A stretch of 64,000 nt of DNA, taken from NCBI GenBank assembly GCA_039934415.1, contig JBDTME010000003.1, forward strand, positions 11,821 through 75,820. Direction: 5' to 3'. Numbering within the stretch: the first letter of the stretch is position 1; each line of letters starts with the position of its first letter. The position numbers and the translations under genes are program-made. This DNA is from Patescibacteria group bacterium. Lineage in GTDB: Bacteria > Patescibacteriota > Microgenomatia > UBA1400 > PJMF01. Below, one piece after another: positions 18,799 to 27,225 of the stretch. Below the pieces are notes generated by a model. That model saw only the letters and a program-made list of their open reading frames with translations. It searched no databases and was not told the origin of the DNA.

Positions 18799-20742
18799 TT
18801 AAGCGAAGAGATCTTTGTAGAGCTGTTGAGCGTCTTCCATGACAGCGAGTACGAGCACCTTTCCATTTCTGGCATCTGCGAGATAGAAGTTTTGTACTTT
18901 CCCATCTTCGACCCACACGTACTTTTGCTTACTCAGTGAAACTTGATACTCATTTGGAGGTAGGAATGCCTTAAACGAGCCTTTCTTATCAGTCACTAGC
19001 ACTGACATCAATTGATTAGATTCTTGTAGAAAAATACGCACAAAAACGTTCGCTAAAGGAGCTCCACTACTATCGACCACTTTACCGACGATGAGCGGTC
19101 TTTTTGTCCATCGGACGACCTTCAACACTAACATTGCGATGTAGATGACACAGACTCCCATGTTAATCATGGTAGGAGAGTAGAGAGTGATGAGTATCGA
19201 GATAAAGAACAACGGTAGAAATAAATACTGGGAAAGGCGCAGCAATCTTTCTTTTATCAAACTCCAGGAAATTTTTCGTTCACTCCCTTGCGCTTGGTTG
19301 ATGTGGTCGACAGGGATCAAGAACAGTTGTCTGGTTTTTTCATTTGAGACCTGGAACACTTCACCTTTATAGAACTCAAAGAGTGTTAAATATGTGGGGC
19401 GAGTTTTTACCGTAGGAAATACGAAATCTTGGTGCCGCACCTCGATTTGATACTTTCCCGGCGGTAGTTGAACACCTCCGTACACCCCCTCAGTATTCGT
19501 GACCACCGTTTCAGAGGTGCCTTGAGTATCCACTCTAGAAATATTGAGAATTGCGAAGGCAACTGGCTTTTCTGTCTCACTATCAAAAACCAAACCCTGA
19601 GGTGACGGTGGCGGAAGAATCCCAAGTGCCTGCAAAATTCTAAAGAAAATCTGAACAGACAAACTCCAGCCGAACTGTGTTGCCACCAGTGTAGTTGCAG
19701 CTATTGGAATAGCCACTGATAGCAACGCGGTGGCTATTGGAGCGGTTGCATTACTGAAATCTTTGACCACTTGTGGTATTTGACTGGGTACAAAATTACT
19801 GAGTATATTTTGTACTGTCTCAGTGATAGGTGTTGTAGGAATGCCAGGACCAGGGGTCGGGACGATTGCCGTCGCTCCGGGTTGAGGAGTAGGAACGGGT
19901 GTCGATAGCAAGAACGAGGTAGCAATCAAAAAGTAGACATTGTCTAATGTCGTGATGTGTCCCGCCAAGTCAGTTACGGTGAAGTTCATCGTAATTTTGA
20001 CGTCTCGAGTGAGCAACGGGAGAGTTTGAGACCAGTTGCCGCTGCTATCAACCGTGATGATATAAACCTGACTGGGTTCACTAGGGAGACTGACAGTCAA
20101 AACAATCGTTGCGCCAGCCTCGGAGTTGCCTTTGATGGTTGGTTGATTCGTATAAATGGTCAGGTAGGGGTCGGGACGTGTTGAGAGATCTTGAGATGAG
20201 ATTGAAGTTGTTGTCCCGTCAATCTGAGTGATGACTAGAGTTGGTGAGGTTGTGTCGATGGTGAAGGTCCAGGTGCTACTGTCAGCCGATTTACTATTGT
20301 TATCAACGGCAGTGATTTTCCAAGTGTGCAAGCCATCGGCAATGCTGGCAGAAGGCACCAAGGTATACTGCGTTCCCGACTTTGTGAGCGTGTAATCAAC
20401 ATTCGATGTGGCAGTTAATGGAATGTTGCTATAGAGCGTTGATCCGTCGAGGGTCAGCGTGTAATGATTCATTCCAGCAACAGCTGTGGATTCTTCCCAG
20501 ACAAAGGATGGGGTGTTGTCAGTCGTGATCGAACTATTACTGGGCGAGACCAGGGTTGGAGTCGTGGGTCCTGCGGTGTCTTCGACAGTCAAACTCATGT
20601 TAACTGGTCGATCTTTGGGATTGGTACTTCCAGTTTCACCGGTTAATAAACCACTCTCTTGGGCAAAAAGAGGACTGAATTGAACAGAGACGACGAAACA
20701 GAAAAACAGTATAAATAAAGCCCAGATTTTCTTGCTAAACAT
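18799..20742 (-). CDS. Membrane-anchored protein with Ig-like domains and two carboxypeptidase-regulatory-like domains
   Basis: Signal peptide; DGLHTWKITAVD, TWTFTIDTT, NFTVTDLAGH; TMs; GLVFDSETEKPVAFA, GKVVDSSGAPLANV. Confidence 0.7.
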   Translation of the reverse strand: MFSKKIWALFILFFCFVVSVQFSPLFAQESGLLTGETGSTNPKDRPVNMSLTVEDTAGPTTPTLVSPSNSSITTDNTPSFVWEESTAVAGMNHYTLTLDGSTLYSNIPLTATSNVDYTLTKSGTQYTLVPSASIADGLHTWKITAVDNNSKSADSSTWTFTIDTTSPTLVITQIDGTTTSISSQDLSTRPDPYLTIYTNQPTIKGNSEAGATIVLTVSLPSEPSQVYIITVDSSGNWSQTLPLLTRDVKITMNFTVTDLAGHITTLDNVYFLIATSFLLSTPVPTPQPGATAIVPTPGPGIPTTPITETVQNILSNFVPSQIPQVVKDFSNATAPIATALLSVAIPIAATTLVATQFGWSLSVQIFFRILQALGILPPPSPQGLVFDSETEKPVAFAILNISRVDTQGTSETVVTNTEGVYGGVQLPPGKYQIEVRHQDFVFPTVKTRPTYLTLFEFYKGEVFQVSNEKTRQLFLIPVDHINQAQGSERKISWSLIKERLLRLSQYLFLPLFFISILITLYSPTMINMGVCVIYIAMLVLKVVRWTKRPLIVGKVVDSSGAPLANVFVRIFLQESNQLMSVLVTDKKGSFKAFLPPNEYQVSLSKQKYVWVEDGKVQNFYLADARNGKVLVLAVMEDAQQLYKDLFA

Positions 20743-20761
20743 ATTTTCAGTCTACTACAAT

Positions 20762-21832
20762 TTAATTTTGTTCATCCTTGAACTGCTCCAACTTTGGTGA
20801 CCGGAGGTGTTTGATTTTTTCACTCAAAATTTCTTTTTCTTTTTTTCTCTCTTGAATAGTTGTGTCCACCTTCTTTTTGAAAAAACCTAGCGTGCTGAGG
20901 AACAAGACCAACACGAACAGCATCGCCAAGATTGCGCGAATGGGAACGAGCCAGAACGAGAAAGAAGCCAATGCGACTTTGCCAGCAGTTCCATAGTTGG
21001 CACTGATCGTGGCGGTATATTTCCCCAGGCCCCATCTTTTACTCCAGGTTTCAGTAAACAGACGTTGAGTAGTCGGGAACACATTCTGAGAAGAAACAGT
21101 GAGTACATCACTAGTGATGCCGAGCATGTTTTTAATCTCGACCTGAATATTAGGATGAATGTGAATATCGGACCGATTGTCGATCACAAATGAAAATGGA
21201 ACAGGTCCGTACTCAAAAAAATCTTTGACCTGGACATCTCTAATGTATGCTTCCTGATTGACCTCACCTTCGACCACGAAGTAGAGCAGTGTCCCGACTC
21301 GTTGAGAAATCCCAGTTCCAGACCCTGCCAAGGTTCCTTCTTCTGAAGGGCGGTGCATGATCATGGCATACCGTCCGCCTGGGAGTGCGTCATTCGGAAC
21401 TTGAATTAATAGATCTAGAGTAGCGAGCTCTCCTGGTTTGAGAGAGTGGGTGGAAGGAATGATGGTAATCCATTTTGCTAGACTCCACCGTGTGGATGTC
21501 GATTCACTCACTGGGATTGGTTGTTTGCCGTCTTCGCCGATTACAAAATCTTCAGCAACTGTGCTGATTTGTTGAGTCTTATTTGAACCATTTTTCACTT
21601 TGACGACAGCTTGAATAGTTTGACCTGGTTTGGCTTTGAGCGAGAAGTCCTCATCACCGAGTCGAGCTGGGATGGCAGTCAGTTGAGAGAGCGAGATGTC
21701 GTCACTAGTTTGAGCAAGTGCGGCAGAAGCAAATGTAAACAAAGTAAGAGGAAGTACTGCTGTTGCCAGAACCACAAAACAACTCAAGATCGTTGTTAGG
21801 CTTTGTTTCTGGTAAGTAAAAAAAACACTCAT
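20762..21832 (-). CDS. DUF916-like (WxL-interacting / PapD-chaperone-like) protein with C-terminal TM
   Basis: IPARLG...KPGQTIQAVVKVKN, IQVPNDALPGGRYA, IDNRSDIHIHP, GKYTATISANYG, TM and basic tail. Confidence 0.7.
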   Translation of the reverse strand: MSVFFTYQKQSLTTILSCFVVLATAVLPLTLFTFASAALAQTSDDISLSQLTAIPARLGDEDFSLKAKPGQTIQAVVKVKNGSNKTQQISTVAEDFVIGEDGKQPIPVSESTSTRWSLAKWITIIPSTHSLKPGELATLDLLIQVPNDALPGGRYAMIMHRPSEEGTLAGSGTGISQRVGTLLYFVVEGEVNQEAYIRDVQVKDFFEYGPVPFSFVIDNRSDIHIHPNIQVEIKNMLGITSDVLTVSSQNVFPTTQRLFTETWSKRWGLGKYTATISANYGTAGKVALASFSFWLVPIRAILAMLFVLVLFLSTLGFFKKKVDTTIQERKKEKEILSEKIKHLRSPKLEQFKDEQN

Positions 21833-21899
21833 AGTTTTAGTTTGATTTTAAATATGCCCTTGGTCAGTCTTGTTGTTTGTTCGTTTCGGTCGAAGCATG

Positions 21900-21980
21900 C
21901 CCTTGTTCATTCTGGCTCATCAGATTCGCCAGAAATTCACGGGCAGACAAGACTGATTTAAAAACTGTATCAGTCTTGTC
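21900..21980. repeat. 81-nt double-hairpin palindromic element, copy 1 (intergenic)
   Basis: CCC..TTCTGGC-TCATCAGATTC-GCCAGAA..GGG, then GACAAGACTGAT-TTAAAAACTGT-ATCAGTCTTGTC; homologous to 27321-27401. Confidence 0.85.
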
Positions 21981-23452
21981 TAGAACGATGCCGTTGCTCG
22001 ATACGTCACCGTATTTTGATAACTTCCAGCCGTTGTACTACTCCCTACGATGACTTGATAGCAGACATACACGTTGTTATCTGTGGCAGGCGCGGTTGCC
22101 GAGAAAATGGTTTGGGCTGATTGTGAATTTTCACTGTCTGGTAATTGTTTAGCGGAAAATGTTCGCCCACTCTCGTTGTACGAAAACGCTTCAGTTGTCG
22201 TGCTACTAGGATCTTGGAGACTATAGCCAAGACCTTGATTACTTGTGCTCGTCCAATCTTGAGATGTTGTATGTGACATGCCACTGACGTTGGCGTCCGG
22301 CACGCAGCTATTTCCAGAAGGAGGATCACCAGCACAACTGCCACCATCTTTTCCCATCTGATCATTTGCTGAAATGGTGACAGTAAATCCGTTCGCTGCA
22401 TTTGTCGACACATTTAATTTTTGGGAGGCTCGCTTAAATGAAGAAGAGGAGACTGTTCCAAAAGGGACTGTTGTGGTGGTCGTAGTTGCGTCTGTGGTCT
22501 GTCCACACGTCGTTGTTCCTGAAGCTACAGCGAGTACACCAAAAGTAATTTGTGAAGGGACGCTTGCAGTGACTCTGACAGATTCAACATTCCCTACGGT
22601 GACGATGGTCGAATCAGTCGCCGTATCTGTGCTGTCCAAGTTTCTCACTAATATCTTGTATGGATCTGAGTACCCTTGAACGTGTCCGATCTTTGGGGAA
22701 GGGTTGATGACATTACTAATGACGATGGTGCCTTGTGTGGTGCCATCAAAAGCCGTGCTTGCCACACCACTCCCAGAGTACCGACATGAATACGCATGAT
22801 ATGTCACATTTGCCAAAGTTACCGCCGACGAACTTGCCGTTCCAGTGACGAAGTCATAGCTAGAGCCCACATCAGAAGGGCAAGTGACGGTGGGAGTCGA
22901 AGTTCCAAAATCAAAACCATCTTGATCAGGTATTCCATTGGCTCGACCAGCTGAGCCGGAAAGCGTTGTGGCTGGAACTAAAATTTGGAAAGCACCATTA
23001 CTGATCGCTGAGGCAGTCGTGAACCGTACTGTCATATTGCCTGATTGAGTTGCGATGACCGCATCACCACTGTCCGTATCATTCGTCTGGAGTGAAGCAA
23101 AACTCGGAGTTCGAATCAAGAAACTTCCAGGATTCGCACTCGCGCTTGCGACGGTATATGTATTTGCTGTGCTGGTATCACCGATCAAGACCGAGTCACC
23201 TTCCGCGAGTTCTGCCGAGGTAGTAGAGGAAGCACCACCGGCAGTAGTAACGATGTTGACTGTCGTGTCACCGACGCTATTACCAGTTGTTAACTTTCCA
23301 ACGAATGACAAACGAGGCGTTGCCAAGGTGACTGAGACACTACTCATGTTTGCAGATCGAGTTTTTTCGATCAAACCAAAACTAAAAAATACAGCCAAGC
23401 ACATTCCGGCGATACTCAATTTTTGTTTGGTTAAAAAACGTTGGTCTTTCAT
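21980..23452 (-). CDS. Secreted S/T/G-rich protein with C-terminal WxL/pilin-like Ig domain
   Basis: Signal peptide; VPFGTV, LNVSTNAANGFTVTI; C-terminus AGSYQNTVTYRATASF. Confidence 0.65.
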   Translation of the reverse strand: MKDQRFLTKQKLSIAGMCLAVFFSFGLIEKTRSANMSSVSVTLATPRLSFVGKLTTGNSVGDTTVNIVTTAGGASSTTSAELAEGDSVLIGDTSTANTYTVASASANPGSFLIRTPSFASLQTNDTDSGDAVIATQSGNMTVRFTTASAISNGAFQILVPATTLSGSAGRANGIPDQDGFDFGTSTPTVTCPSDVGSSYDFVTGTASSSAVTLANVTYHAYSCRYSGSGVASTAFDGTTQGTIVISNVINPSPKIGHVQGYSDPYKILVRNLDSTDTATDSTIVTVGNVESVRVTASVPSQITFGVLAVASGTTTCGQTTDATTTTTTVPFGTVSSSSFKRASQKLNVSTNAANGFTVTISANDQMGKDGGSCAGDPPSGNSCVPDANVSGMSHTTSQDWTSTSNQGLGYSLQDPSSTTTEAFSYNESGRTFSAKQLPDSENSQSAQTIFSATAPATDNNVYVCYQVIVGSSTTAGSYQNTVTYRATASF

Positions 23453-23473
23453 CAGTTCTCAATTCAATGTCAT

Positions 23474-24496
23474 TTATGAGTCGAGCTTATGTTGTGTCCC
23501 ATTCTCTGGTTTGGCTTTACGACTACGACCTTGAAACAAGTTGCTCTTGGTGTAGAGCAAGTACACGATGTACACCAAGATGACGAAGATCAGCGCAGAG
23601 ATCGGTAATGCAAATACCGTGTGTTCAAATTTTTGTTCTTCTTGGCCTGGTGCATGATAGGTGAGGATCAACTTATACGGTCCAAGCAGAAATAAACCCT
23701 TGTATCGGATGGGTTGCTCGATTTTGTACTCTTCGCCATCTTTGTTGACGCTTTCTGAACCAAAGACCTGTCTTCCTGCTCCTGGTAAAATGTTCTCTGG
23801 CAAAAAATCATTTTCGTAAACGACATTTCCCAACACATTCACAATTCTCAAATTTCCCAAAGTGACCGTCGTGTTTTTGCCAGCATTATGCATAAAGACT
23901 TTGGCTGTAATAGCCGATAGACTGTCGAGAAAAAGAGGTGCCTCAAAAGATTGAAGTTCGATGATTCCTTGATCTTTGGCAGTTCGAGAAACGGTAATAA
24001 TGAAATTACTGACGATCTGACCACTCACCGCTGTTCCGCTTTGGTCGTGAAGACTGTTTTGAATTGGTTCGACATCCGTGACCAGTGAGAAGTGATACTC
24101 TTTCTCAACTGAATTTTCAGGGAGTGCCACTTCAAACACGAGTTGTTTAGTATTCCCAGTTTTCAGAAGGAAAGGAGTGTTGAGATGCACTTCAGCATCT
24201 TGCAATGACATGTAGGAAAAGGACATGTTGTCAGACAAAACGGGAATTCCAGTTTTATTATCACTCGTAAAGTCTACAAAGTTTGTTGTCAGGTTCACAT
24301 CAAAATTTCCTTGGTTTTCCAACGACACCGTGGTGAGTGCGCTTTTTCCTGGTTGGATAATGATGTGGGTCAATGGAGGACTGATGCCGATGTTGAGATC
24401 AGCTTTTTGTGCATGCACGGGTTGCATCCCAAACATCGTCAGGAAAACAAGTGTGAATGTGAGAGTAGCGGCTTTATTTTTTTGAACCATAGACAT
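23474..24496 (-). CDS. Second DUF916-like / chaperone-like protein with C-terminal TM
   Basis: IGISPPLTHIIIQPGKSALTTVSLENQG, MHNAGK, ENILPGAGR, LLGPYKLILTY, TM. Confidence 0.65.
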   Translation of the reverse strand: MSMVQKNKAATLTFTLVFLTMFGMQPVHAQKADLNIGISPPLTHIIIQPGKSALTTVSLENQGNFDVNLTTNFVDFTSDNKTGIPVLSDNMSFSYMSLQDAEVHLNTPFLLKTGNTKQLVFEVALPENSVEKEYHFSLVTDVEPIQNSLHDQSGTAVSGQIVSNFIITVSRTAKDQGIIELQSFEAPLFLDSLSAITAKVFMHNAGKNTTVTLGNLRIVNVLGNVVYENDFLPENILPGAGRQVFGSESVNKDGEEYKIEQPIRYKGLFLLGPYKLILTYHAPGQEEQKFEHTVFALPISALIFVILVYIVYLLYTKSNLFQGRSRKAKPENGTQHKLDS

Positions 24497-24513
24497 CCTG
24501 ATTTTTAAAAAAC

Positions 24514-25254
24514 TTAATACGTCGCAATTAGTTGATACGTGACCAGTGTTTCGTAATTCCCGGCAGCCTGAGTCGCTTGGGGAGAGGCTTTGTACGTTAC
24601 GGTCGCATTACGATTGACTGAAACTCCTGTACCTGACATGACCGTTTTCATAGTTTCCGCATTTGAAACATCGGCGAACTGTCGGAAGTAGTTAGTGCTG
24701 GCAAAATCAGTAGCCACATCGTTGCCCGAGAGGTTAAAGCCAAAACCGTAATTGTTGGCGTTCGTCCAGCTACCAGCAGTGCTTTCATCGCAGCTGCCGC
24801 TGTCGCAGAGCGTGTCTCGGATGTCAGTACTCGTATTTAGCAATCTCAACGGGTGATTTTCTGAGGCTTTAACGGCGTACCCGCCGGCTCCGTTAGTGTC
24901 GACGATGAGCGTATGGGTGTCGGTGTTAAATGAACCATAGGTGAGTTCACTCAAGTCGATCGTAATTTTTGAAATCTTGAGCGACAGCGTACGGAAAGGA
25001 TAGATGTACTGAAAGCCGGCTTTGACGACATAGCCACTTCCGTCGTACTCGCCAGGAGAGATTTGGCCAACGGTGTCAGTGACTTTATAGTTTGCACTGG
25101 TTTTCTCACCAGACGTAACGTTGAAGTTCCCGAACTCAATCACGTATTGTGACGACGTCATGCGCTCGGCGAGTGAGGTCGCATAATTTGAGAACAGACA
25201 GCCTACGCTCAAGGTGGCGATGACTAGTTTTTTGACTGTGGAGAATTTATTCAT
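24514..25254 (-). CDS. Secreted WxL/pilin-like protein
   Basis: Signal peptide; LIVDTNGAGGYAV, YGFGFN; C-terminus AGNYETLVTYQLIATY; paralogous to the C-terminal half of 21980-23452. Confidence 0.65.
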   Translation of the reverse strand: MNKFSTVKKLVIATLSVGCLFSNYATSLAERMTSSQYVIEFGNFNVTSGEKTSANYKVTDTVGQISPGEYDGSGYVVKAGFQYIYPFRTLSLKISKITIDLSELTYGSFNTDTHTLIVDTNGAGGYAVKASENHPLRLLNTSTDIRDTLCDSGSCDESTAGSWTNANNYGFGFNLSGNDVATDFASTNYFRQFADVSNAETMKTVMSGTGVSVNRNATVTYKASPQATQAAGNYETLVTYQLIATY

Positions 25255-25927
25255 TGGTGCCTTGTTTGTTGACCACTTCTAACAACTGCTCAACAGCGTC
25301 CTGCACGATCAAGATCTGACGAGCGATCACTTCTTTATTTTCTTCAGGATAATCAGACAAACGGAGCAGGTTTTCGAGTTTTGGTTTTAAAAATGTGGTG
25401 ACGAACAAGATAGCATTCGACTGTTGATCCGACAGCTCGACTTGCTGTTTTTCGACGATCAGTTCACCTTTGATGTGTGCTTCGTATTGCTTTTTAGTAA
25501 ACAGGAAGATGAACTGCATCAAAAACAGAGATAACAGTTGCGAGATATGTTGAGTACTTGATGTTGTGATCAAACTATAGTGAAAAAAGACGATCGCGAC
25601 GCTGACTACGATAGCTTGAAACGGTCGTAAACTCATCGTTAAAAAAAAGATATGCAGGTAGGCGAATGGGAAAAAGAAGGAGTCAATGTTTCCGGTATTG
25701 CCAATCAGGAGGACGATTGCAGCCGAGATCAAAGCGAACTCAGGATTCGATTGTTCGATGCTCAACGGTAAGTAATGTTTCCGCTTGGCGAACCGGATGC
25801 CAAAGTAGATCAATCCCAGCAGTCCAGCCAGCTGAGCAGAGTAGTAGCTCAAGCCCGGAATGTTCAACCACAAGTACGATCCGACCAAGACAAACAAGAT
25901 GGCCACCGTTTGGGCAGTTGAGTTCAT
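25247..25927 (-). CDS. Multi-pass membrane protein with C-terminal coiled-coil; first gene of the WxL-like operon
   Basis: 5-6 TMs, TGNIDSFFFPFAY; overlaps the next gene by 8 bp; TATACT 6 nt before the ATG. Confidence 0.7.
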   Translation of the reverse strand: MNSTAQTVAILFVLVGSYLWLNIPGLSYYSAQLAGLLGLIYFGIRFAKRKHYLPLSIEQSNPEFALISAAIVLLIGNTGNIDSFFFPFAYLHIFFLTMSLRPFQAIVVSVAIVFFHYSLITTSSTQHISQLLSLFLMQFIFLFTKKQYEAHIKGELIVEKQQVELSDQQSNAILFVTTFLKPKLENLLRLSDYPEENKEVIARQILIVQDAVEQLLEVVNKQGTNE

Positions 25928-26059
25928 AGAAATAGTATATAGCGATTCGAGGAGTTCGTCATTCCCGAGAGAGAACCTAAAAATTGCAGAGTTATCAATC
26001 CTGAATAAAGATTGATGATGTAGTATAATTCGGCAACCTTTCTAGTTATTAGATGTTTT

Positions 26060-27025
26060 ATGGTTGAAAAACAAAGATTATGTACTGAGTGTGAGTGGTT
26101 AGATTACTGTTCACTGTTAAGCTTTCTTGAATTAAATAGACAATTGTCGGAATCTGAGCTTCAAAGAACGATTGATGATAATCCTAAGTTGGGTAGCTGT
26201 TCACAAAGGCGTGAGCAAAACCTTAATCCTTCAGTACAGGACCGATGTGATGCGCTTCTAACATCACTCCGCCGAAAAAAAGTTGATTACTCTAGAGTGA
26301 ACAATGAAATTCAAGTAGATAACGAAGCAGCAAACTTTGGTGCATGGTTGGCGGGAGTTTTAGAGTCTGGGGGGAGTTTGCGCTTGAAATTAATAAATAG
26401 ATCTGGAAAACAGTATGGATCTCCTGAAATAAGATTCATAGAAAGTGATGAAAAAAAAAGAACACAGTTCATTCAATTGTTAAATGAACTGTGTTCTGCA
26501 CTGAAAGTGGGTACTCATTGGAAAGTGATAGATAAAAAAGTAGTACAAATCATTGGGTTACCAGCTGTAGAAGTAAGTTTATTGGCATTGCCTTTTGTGT
26601 TGTCAAGACAGTTGATCTTGGATTATTTTGAGAGTCATTCTATGTGGGCAAATAAAAAAGATCCTGAGTTAGAAAGTGAAGTGATAAAACAATATCTTGA
26701 ACATTCCAATCCTTCCCATTTAGAAGTTACAAAAGAACAATATCAGACTAGAATCAAAAACTCTCACTTTTTGGCCGGAGTGTTTGATTATTCTGGAACA
26801 TGTACTGATCGAGAGAGAAAAGATCGAGCGGGCGACTTTCGAAGAACGCTTCGATTACGAACCAAAAACCATATATTGTTGGAGACAATTGGCGAAAAGT
26901 TTGGCATTAAACTTTCTAAACCAAATGTCAAAGGAAGTAGAGAGTTGAGAGTAAGTGGAGATAACTGTGCTGCGATTCTCTCAGAGATGAAACCCTACCT
27001 GCGCGTACTTGGCAAATCAAAATAG
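26060..27025 (+). CDS. Free-standing double-motif LAGLIDADG-like protein with degenerate catalytic positions
   Basis: WLAGVLESGG and FLAGVFDYSG, each followed by LAGLIDADG-like beta segments; N-terminal CxxC. Confidence 0.6.
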   Translation: MVEKQRLCTECEWLDYCSLLSFLELNRQLSESELQRTIDDNPKLGSCSQRREQNLNPSVQDRCDALLTSLRRKKVDYSRVNNEIQVDNEAANFGAWLAGVLESGGSLRLKLINRSGKQYGSPEIRFIESDEKKRTQFIQLLNELCSALKVGTHWKVIDKKVVQIIGLPAVEVSLLALPFVLSRQLILDYFESHSMWANKKDPELESEVIKQYLEHSNPSHLEVTKEQYQTRIKNSHFLAGVFDYSGTCTDRERKDRAGDFRRTLRLRTKNHILLETIGEKFGIKLSKPNVKGSRELRVSGDNCAAILSEMKPYLRVLGKSK

Positions 27026-27090
27026 AATGGGTTTTGCTCGAATTACACATAAATAATTCAGTATTTATGAAAAAGTGGTATACTAGCTCC

Positions 27091-27132
27091 ATGGAAATTC
27101 AACGTTCTCAGCTCCTTCTTCTTACCAAGTAA
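27091..27132 (+). CDS. Leucine-rich leader peptide MEIQRSQLLLLTK (leuS attenuator)
   Basis: ATG 27091, four consecutive Leu codons CTC CTT CTT CTT, TAA at 27130-27132; extended -10 TGGTATACT at 27076-27084. Confidence 0.8.
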   Translation: MEIQRSQLLLLTK

Positions 27133-27152
27133 GTTGTTGGAGGGGAGAGTGT

Positions 27153-27185
27153 GTACAAACCCCTCGCGAGAGGGTTTTTTTGTAC
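27153..27185 (+). terminator. Attenuator terminator of the leuS leader
   Basis: AAACCCCTC-GCGA-GAGGGTTTTTTT; upstream GGAGGGG (27139-27145) can pair alternatively with CCCCTC. Confidence 0.8.
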
Positions 27186-27225
27186 TAAATGTAAGTTGTA
27201 AGTGATAAGTAACTATTAAGAACCT

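Noticed and set aside
26060-27025. Group I intron or intein carrying the LAGLIDADG ORF
   Set aside because: No interrupted host gene and no intein terminal residues; it has its own promoter
27060-27225. T-box riboswitch before leuS
   Set aside because: Leader too short and no TGGNACCGCG T-box motif; leader-peptide attenuation fits better
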